A stretch of DNA of 64,000 bases from a virus. Taxonomy: Duplodnaviria > Heunggongvirae > Uroviricota > Caudoviricetes. The DNA lies in IMG/VR virus record IMGVR_UViG_3300042885_000900. One strand, given 5' to 3'. Below are positions 59,447 to 64,000 of the stretch, piece by piece. Every line of letters starts with the position of its first letter. Positions within the stretch are counted from its first letter, which is position 1. The translations under genes and the position numbers were made by a program. The notes below the pieces were generated by a model that was given only the letters and a program-made list of their open reading frames with translations, made no database searches and was not told the DNA's origin.

Positions 59447-60025
59447 TTACGAAATTGTACTGATTGTTATTGCAACTCCAGGTGTTACGGGTCTATTATA
59501 TGGGGATGTAATGGATGGAACAGATTTGATAAATACGGTATCATCTGATGATGCAAAAACAAATTCAACATATTGACCAGCAGTTAAAACATATGAGTAT
59601 GGTATAAAGGGTAATTGTTCGTTATTGTTATTAAGTAAAACTAACTCACCAGTAGTTCTATCTGCATCAACACCATCAACTCTAGTCCAAAAATATACCG
59701 TTGCGTTTGCTGGAGATAATGTGTTTTTATCCAATTGGAATGACACCCCAAATAAGTATGTTCCATCCTGTAATGCCGTGAATTTTGAATTATCAACAAG
59801 GTCAAACCCCACTTGACCTTCTATGGTATCAACCAATATAACAGTTGGAGTATTTGAACCTGACACTGTTTGACTTATTGTTGATGTGTATGAAGCATTT
59901 GGTTTTGATAAAATTTGAGAGTAGTTAATATGGTAAGTTACACCACTTAATTCCACTGGAGCAACCATATTTGGATTTGGTGTTGATAATAATGGTAATT
60001 CGCTAATTGTTTTTCCTGTTAACAT
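59447..60025 (-). CDS. Putative fibre/decoration protein with C1q/TNF-like domain
   Basis: KTISELP N-terminal motif; GTYLF..SFQL, LTAGQYVE jelly-roll pattern. Confidence 0.6.
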   Translation of the reverse strand: MLTGKTISELPLLSTPNPNMVAPVELSGVTYHINYSQILSKPNASYTSTISQTVSGSNTPTVILVDTIEGQVGFDLVDNSKFTALQDGTYLFGVSFQLDKNTLSPANATVYFWTRVDGVDADRTTGELVLLNNNNEQLPFIPYSYVLTAGQYVEFVFASSDDTVFIKSVPSITSPYNRPVTPGVAITISTIS

Positions 60026-60056
60026 AATTTTGTTTTATTTATAAATATTGTTATTT

Positions 60057-63000
60057 TTAATTAAATTTTAAATATTCCTGATTACCTACCGATAAATATT
60101 CGTTATCGTTAATTAAAAGAACATCATTAATAATTTGTTCGGGGATTGTCGGTGTGGGAGTAGGTGTTTGAGTTATTGTTGGGGTAAGTGTGATTGTAGG
60201 TGTTATTGTAGGGGTTATTGTAGGAGTAGGTGTGGGAGTTGCGGTATATTCAGTGATTTCATATTCAAAATCATCAACTAAACAAACATTAGTATTACAA
60301 TCCGGACAATCCGGATTAAACATTTTGAAAGTATCTTTTAATAATTTAAAGTTATGTTTTATTTCAGGTGCTGATAATGGTGAAACATACATTCTAAATT
60401 GAGAGATTCCCCCATCAAAAGTTCCAGCAAAATTCTGTTCTATTAATATATTGGTATTTAAACCTGAAAATGTTGTTCCACTTAAATCATTAATTGGAAG
60501 ACATTCTGGGTCTTGAATATATGGGCCTAATGGAGATGTAGATGAAGAGAATGTTAAATTTTCTCTTAAACCTTGAGTACCTCCACCCCACGAAACATTA
60601 AAGGGAACACCAACTTGTTTTTCTTTATCTGTATTTAATCCCCTTGGGATAATCTCTTCAAAATCCTCAATAGTATAAAATAACTTACCATTAATATAAA
60701 TTTTTAATCTACCTTTTCTGTAGTCTTTATCTAATAACCATTTTTCGTTTAAATTAACTAATTCTATTTGTTCTGGCGTACGACCATTTGTATGTGTGTA
60801 AGGTATTGTGATTAACGATACCGTATTATTGGCTAATGATTCTAAATATTTTCTTTCTGTAATATCACCAAGTCCCCCGCGATACCATAAATCACAAGTG
60901 TCTAACCAAGTATATCTTTCCCAAACAGCATTTAACTGAAACCAATGTTCCTCTTCTAAATAAGCTGGATTAATTAATTCACAATCCGGATATATTCCAC
61001 CAGGTGAACAATATTCGGTAATGGTATATCCTGTTGTATAAGTGATTCCGGTTGTTTCACAACTACCTGTTGTTTCACATCCTCCGGTGAATCGTAATAC
61101 TTTTACACCAATTTGGGGATTCTTTGGGTCACCACAAAGTTTAAATGATAATGCGTTGGACATTGAATCATATAATGGGTCAACCTCACAAGTATTTTCT
61201 ATTGATGTAAATCCTGTGGTAGCACAAGTGTCGCAAGTATCACAAGTGGTACAATTACTACAAGTTGGAGTACATACTGGAGTTGATAAACAATTAGATT
61301 GGGTGGATGTTAGTGTAGAAGTTGGTATTTCTATTATTACCGCATCATTATTAGCTTGTAAATACTGAATATCTCCATCTGGAGAGCCAACATCACAAGT
61401 CATAAGAGCCGCTGGTATTGTTAGTGTTATTATGTTTCCTGTAATATTATAAAACACAATATCATCTCCAACTGTTCCACCTAAATCTGTACAAGCAGGT
61501 AAACTTATTGTTGTTAAGGATGTACAATTATAGAAAAAACTATCACCCGCACTTATTAATTGAGGTAAATCTATTGTTGTTAGTGAATAACAATTTGTAA
61601 AACAATAACTACCAGCGTTAATCAACTGAGGTAAATTAATTGTTGTTAATGATACGCAATTAGAAAAAGAATGGTTTCCGGCAGTGGTTAAATTAGGTAA
61701 ATCAATTGTTGTGAGTGATGTACAATTACTAAAACATTGATTATCTATCGCAATTAACTTTGGAAAATACATTGATGTTAATGATAATAATCCGTAAAAA
61801 GCTCCCCCATCAAAATAACCACCTCCTGTTATATCAAGACATTCAGGAAATGAAATTTCGGTAATATTTTCACAATAACTAAATGAATCAGTATAGATTG
61901 AAGTTACACACCCTACTGAATCAATTACTTTTATAATATTATTATTGGATATAAAAGTATTCTCCTTTATAGTTATATCACTACCACCAATTAATCTCAC
62001 TTCATTCCCAACAATATCAACACTTGTAAATGGATTACCATAAGTAGGTAAATCAAAAAATGTATTCCAATCTATTACTGATGATGCATCTCCTACAAGA
62101 GCATTAGCATTAGCTATATCATCAAATGTTAATTTTAATGATGATGGTAATTGTGTTGGGGTTGGTGTTGGTGTCGGTGTTTTTGTAGGTGTTGGTGTTG
62201 ATGTTGGTATTTCTATTATTGTTACTGTATTGTTTGCTTGTAAGTATTGAATGTCTCCATCAGGTGAACCTACATTACAAGTCATAAGTGCGGCTGGTAT
62301 TGTTAGTGTTATTGTCTTACCTATTATATTATAAAATACATTATTATTACCTGTTGTTAATCCTAGATTAGTACATGATGGTAAACTTACACTTGTTAAT
62401 GAAGTACATAGAAAAAAACATGAATCCCCTATAGTAATTGCTGATGGTAGGTCAATATTTACTAATACTCCAGACTGTTTAAAACACGCAACACCTATGT
62501 TTATAGATGATGGTAAATAAACTGTAGTTAATGAATTACAGTAAGAAAAACACCCATTTCCTTTAATACCTACTGTAATAAGATTAGGTAAACTAACACT
62601 AATTAAAGATGTACAAGCAAAAAAACATTCGTCTATAATATAGGCAATACATGAACCACTAAATGATAATATATTATTATTATTTAAAAATATATCTCTC
62701 ACGGCAATGTTCTCACCACCTATTAATGTAACTTCATTAATGTTAACAACTACACTTGTAAATTGGGTTGACCAATTTGGTAAATTAAAAAATAAATTCC
62801 AATCCAAAACTGAACTTGAATCACCTACTAATAAATTAGCATTAGTTATATCATCAAAATCAATAACTAAATTACCTGAATATCCAATAAATGGTTGATA
62901 AGGTGAATTATTAATAATTAAATCATTATCAAATGATAAACGAATAATATCATCATCTAATATAATAGATTCATCAATAGTTAATGTTATATTGTTTCCT

Positions 63001-64000
63001 ACTATACCAACAAATACATAATCATATCCTATTGTTCCACCTAAATCTGTACAAACTGGAATATTTATTGTTGTTAATGAAGTACAAACACCAAAACAAC
63101 CACTTCCTGCAATAGTTAAGTTAGGTAAATTTATTGTTGTTAATGAATTACAATTATCGAAACAATAATCACCTGCAGTAGCTAATAAAGGCAATTCTAA
63201 TATTGTTAATTCAGAATAACCATAAAAACAATAATTACCTGCCGTAGTTAAGTTAGGTAAAGATAAATTAGTTAATTGGCTAGCACCATAACTACCTGTA
63301 GTATCATCACCAAAACACTGTACTCCAGCAGTTTCCAAAAGAGGTAAATTAAATAATGTGACTTTTGGTGTAATATCAAAACAATAGTCACCCGCAGTAA
63401 CTAATGATGGTAAATTTACCGTTGTTAAATTTAATGCAAATACAAAAGTAAATCCTTCTAATGATATTATACTATTGGCATTATCAATAATGCTTATTAA
63501 ATTTATATTATCACTAAATAACCTATCTTTTATAGTTATATTACTACCACCAAATAATTGTACTTCGTTTCCAATAACTATAACTGATGTAAATGGATTA
63601 CCATAAGCAGGTAAATCAAAGAATGTATTCCAATCATTAACATCTGATGAATCTCCTACAAGAGCATTAGCATTAGCTATATCATCAAATGTTAATTTTA
63701 ATGATGATGGTAATTGTGTTGGGGTTGGTGTTGGTGTCGGTGTTTGAGTGGGTGTTTTAGTAGGTGTTGGTGTAGGTGTTACATTAATAATTGTTTCACA
63801 GATGTGGTTTTGACATTCCCACCCACAAGTTGCGCAAGAACTTTCATTACAACCACAACCACAACTAGTTTTAGTTTCGGGATTCCCCCCACATAAATCA
63901 CAACCATAACTAACACGAGTATCGTGTTGATTATTAACGGACCTAGGTGGATAAACATATATACAACGACTATTAGTTATTGTATTATCACAACAAGCGC
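60057..64000 (-). CDS. Large Cys-rich structural protein with three capped LRR cassettes and LamG-like C-terminal region, partial (start lies beyond right edge)
   Basis: Hand translation shows the frame is open from 63338 to 64000; KIYINGKL, F.GGISQFRMY..PLSAPEI LamG-like motifs. Confidence 0.8.
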   Translation of the reverse strand, partial: ACCDNTITNSRCIYVYPPRSVNNQHDTRVSYGCDLCGGNPETKTSCGCGCNESSCATCGWECQNHICETIINVTPTPTPTKTPTQTPTPTPTPTQLPSSLKLTFDDIANANALVGDSSDVNDWNTFFDLPAYGNPFTSVIVIGNEVQLFGGSNITIKDRLFSDNINLISIIDNANSIISLEGFTFVFALNLTTVNLPSLVTAGDYCFDITPKVTLFNLPLLETAGVQCFGDDTTGSYGASQLTNLSLPNLTTAGNYCFYGYSELTILELPLLATAGDYCFDNCNSLTTINLPNLTIAGSGCFGVCTSLTTINIPVCTDLGGTIGYDYVFVGIVGNNITLTIDESIILDDDIIRLSFDNDLIINNSPYQPFIGYSGNLVIDFDDITNANLLVGDSSSVLDWNLFFNLPNWSTQFTSVVVNINEVTLIGGENIAVRDIFLNNNNILSFSGSCIAYIIDECFFACTSLISVSLPNLITVGIKGNGCFSYCNSLTTVYLPSSINIGVACFKQSGVLVNIDLPSAITIGDSCFFLCTSLTSVSLPSCTNLGLTTGNNNVFYNIIGKTITLTIPAALMTCNVGSPDGDIQYLQANNTVTIIEIPTSTPTPTKTPTPTPTPTQLPSSLKLTFDDIANANALVGDASSVIDWNTFFDLPTYGNPFTSVDIVGNEVRLIGGSDITIKENTFISNNNIIKVIDSVGCVTSIYTDSFSYCENITEISFPECLDITGGGYFDGGAFYGLLSLTSMYFPKLIAIDNQCFSNCTSLTTIDLPNLTTAGNHSFSNCVSLTTINLPQLINAGSYCFTNCYSLTTIDLPQLISAGDSFFYNCTSLTTISLPACTDLGGTVGDDIVFYNITGNIITLTIPAALMTCDVGSPDGDIQYLQANNDAVIIEIPTSTLTSTQSNCLSTPVCTPTCSNCTTCDTCDTCATTGFTSIENTCEVDPLYDSMSNALSFKLCGDPKNPQIGVKVLRFTGGCETTGSCETTGITYTTGYTITEYCSPGGIYPDCELINPAYLEEEHWFQLNAVWERYTWLDTCDLWYRGGLGDITERKYLESLANNTVSLITIPYTHTNGRTPEQIELVNLNEKWLLDKDYRKGRLKIYINGKLFYTIEDFEEIIPRGLNTDKEKQVGVPFNVSWGGGTQGLRENLTFSSSTSPLGPYIQDPECLPINDLSGTTFSGLNTNILIEQNFAGTFDGGISQFRMYVSPLSAPEIKHNFKLLKDTFKMFNPDCPDCNTNVCLVDDFEYEITEYTATPTPTPTITPTITPTITLTPTITQTPTPTPTIPEQIINDVLLINDNEYLSVGNQEYLKFN
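62088..63745 (-). repeat. 95-bp perfect direct repeat spanning Pro/Thr stalk and LRR N-cap
   Basis: 62088-62182 equals 63651-63745, 1563 bp apart (multiple of 3). Confidence 0.92.

Noticed and set aside
63336-63338. TTG 63338 as start of the last gene
   Set aside because: Frame is open to the window edge and TTG falls mid-LRR.
1-64000. Stop-codon reassignment, tRNA or rRNA genes
   Set aside because: Genes are full length in the standard code with tight packing; no cloverleaf or long rRNA-like region seen in the short intergenic gaps.

Overview
A 64-kb, very AT-rich, densely coding segment of a large contractile-tailed (T4-like/jumbo myovirus) bacteriophage genome read in the standard code. 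1-26.9 kb: virion morphogenesis module (partial baseplate-hub-like gene, LysM wedge, tube-initiator-like protein with an OmpA-like domain, tape measure, tail assembly chaperone with a probable programmed frameshift, free-standing homing endonuclease, tail tube, HAD-like protein, enlarged tail sheath, RHH regulator, tail terminator, three MKILITE-leader cassette genes, head closure and neck proteins), interleaved with an intein-containing SNF2 helicase and a superoxide dismutase fused to a nuclease-like domain. 27-32.4 kb: family B DNA polymerase, papain-like peptidase and an LRR adhesin. 32.4-50.9 kb: a large glycan-building locus (about ten glycosyltransferase-like genes including a GT60 polypeptide GlcNAc-transferase, a GT11 fucosyltransferase and an autotransporter-type protein heptosyltransferase domain, plus methyltransferases, APS kinase and a sulfotransferase) wrapped around a Pro/Thr-linker virion-type protein. 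51-64 kb: fibre/adhesin genes with collagen-like Ser/Thr/Gly repeats, mucin-like Pro/Thr stalks and repeated capped LRR cassettes. Best candidates for novel biology: a phage-encoded protein O-glycosylation/methylation/sulfation pathway acting on the phage's own mucin-like virion proteins; a shuffled capped-LRR cassette that docks at Pro/Thr linkers; and a gene array sharing an identical 20-bp 5' end. All functional calls come from motif recognition by eye; no database search was run.
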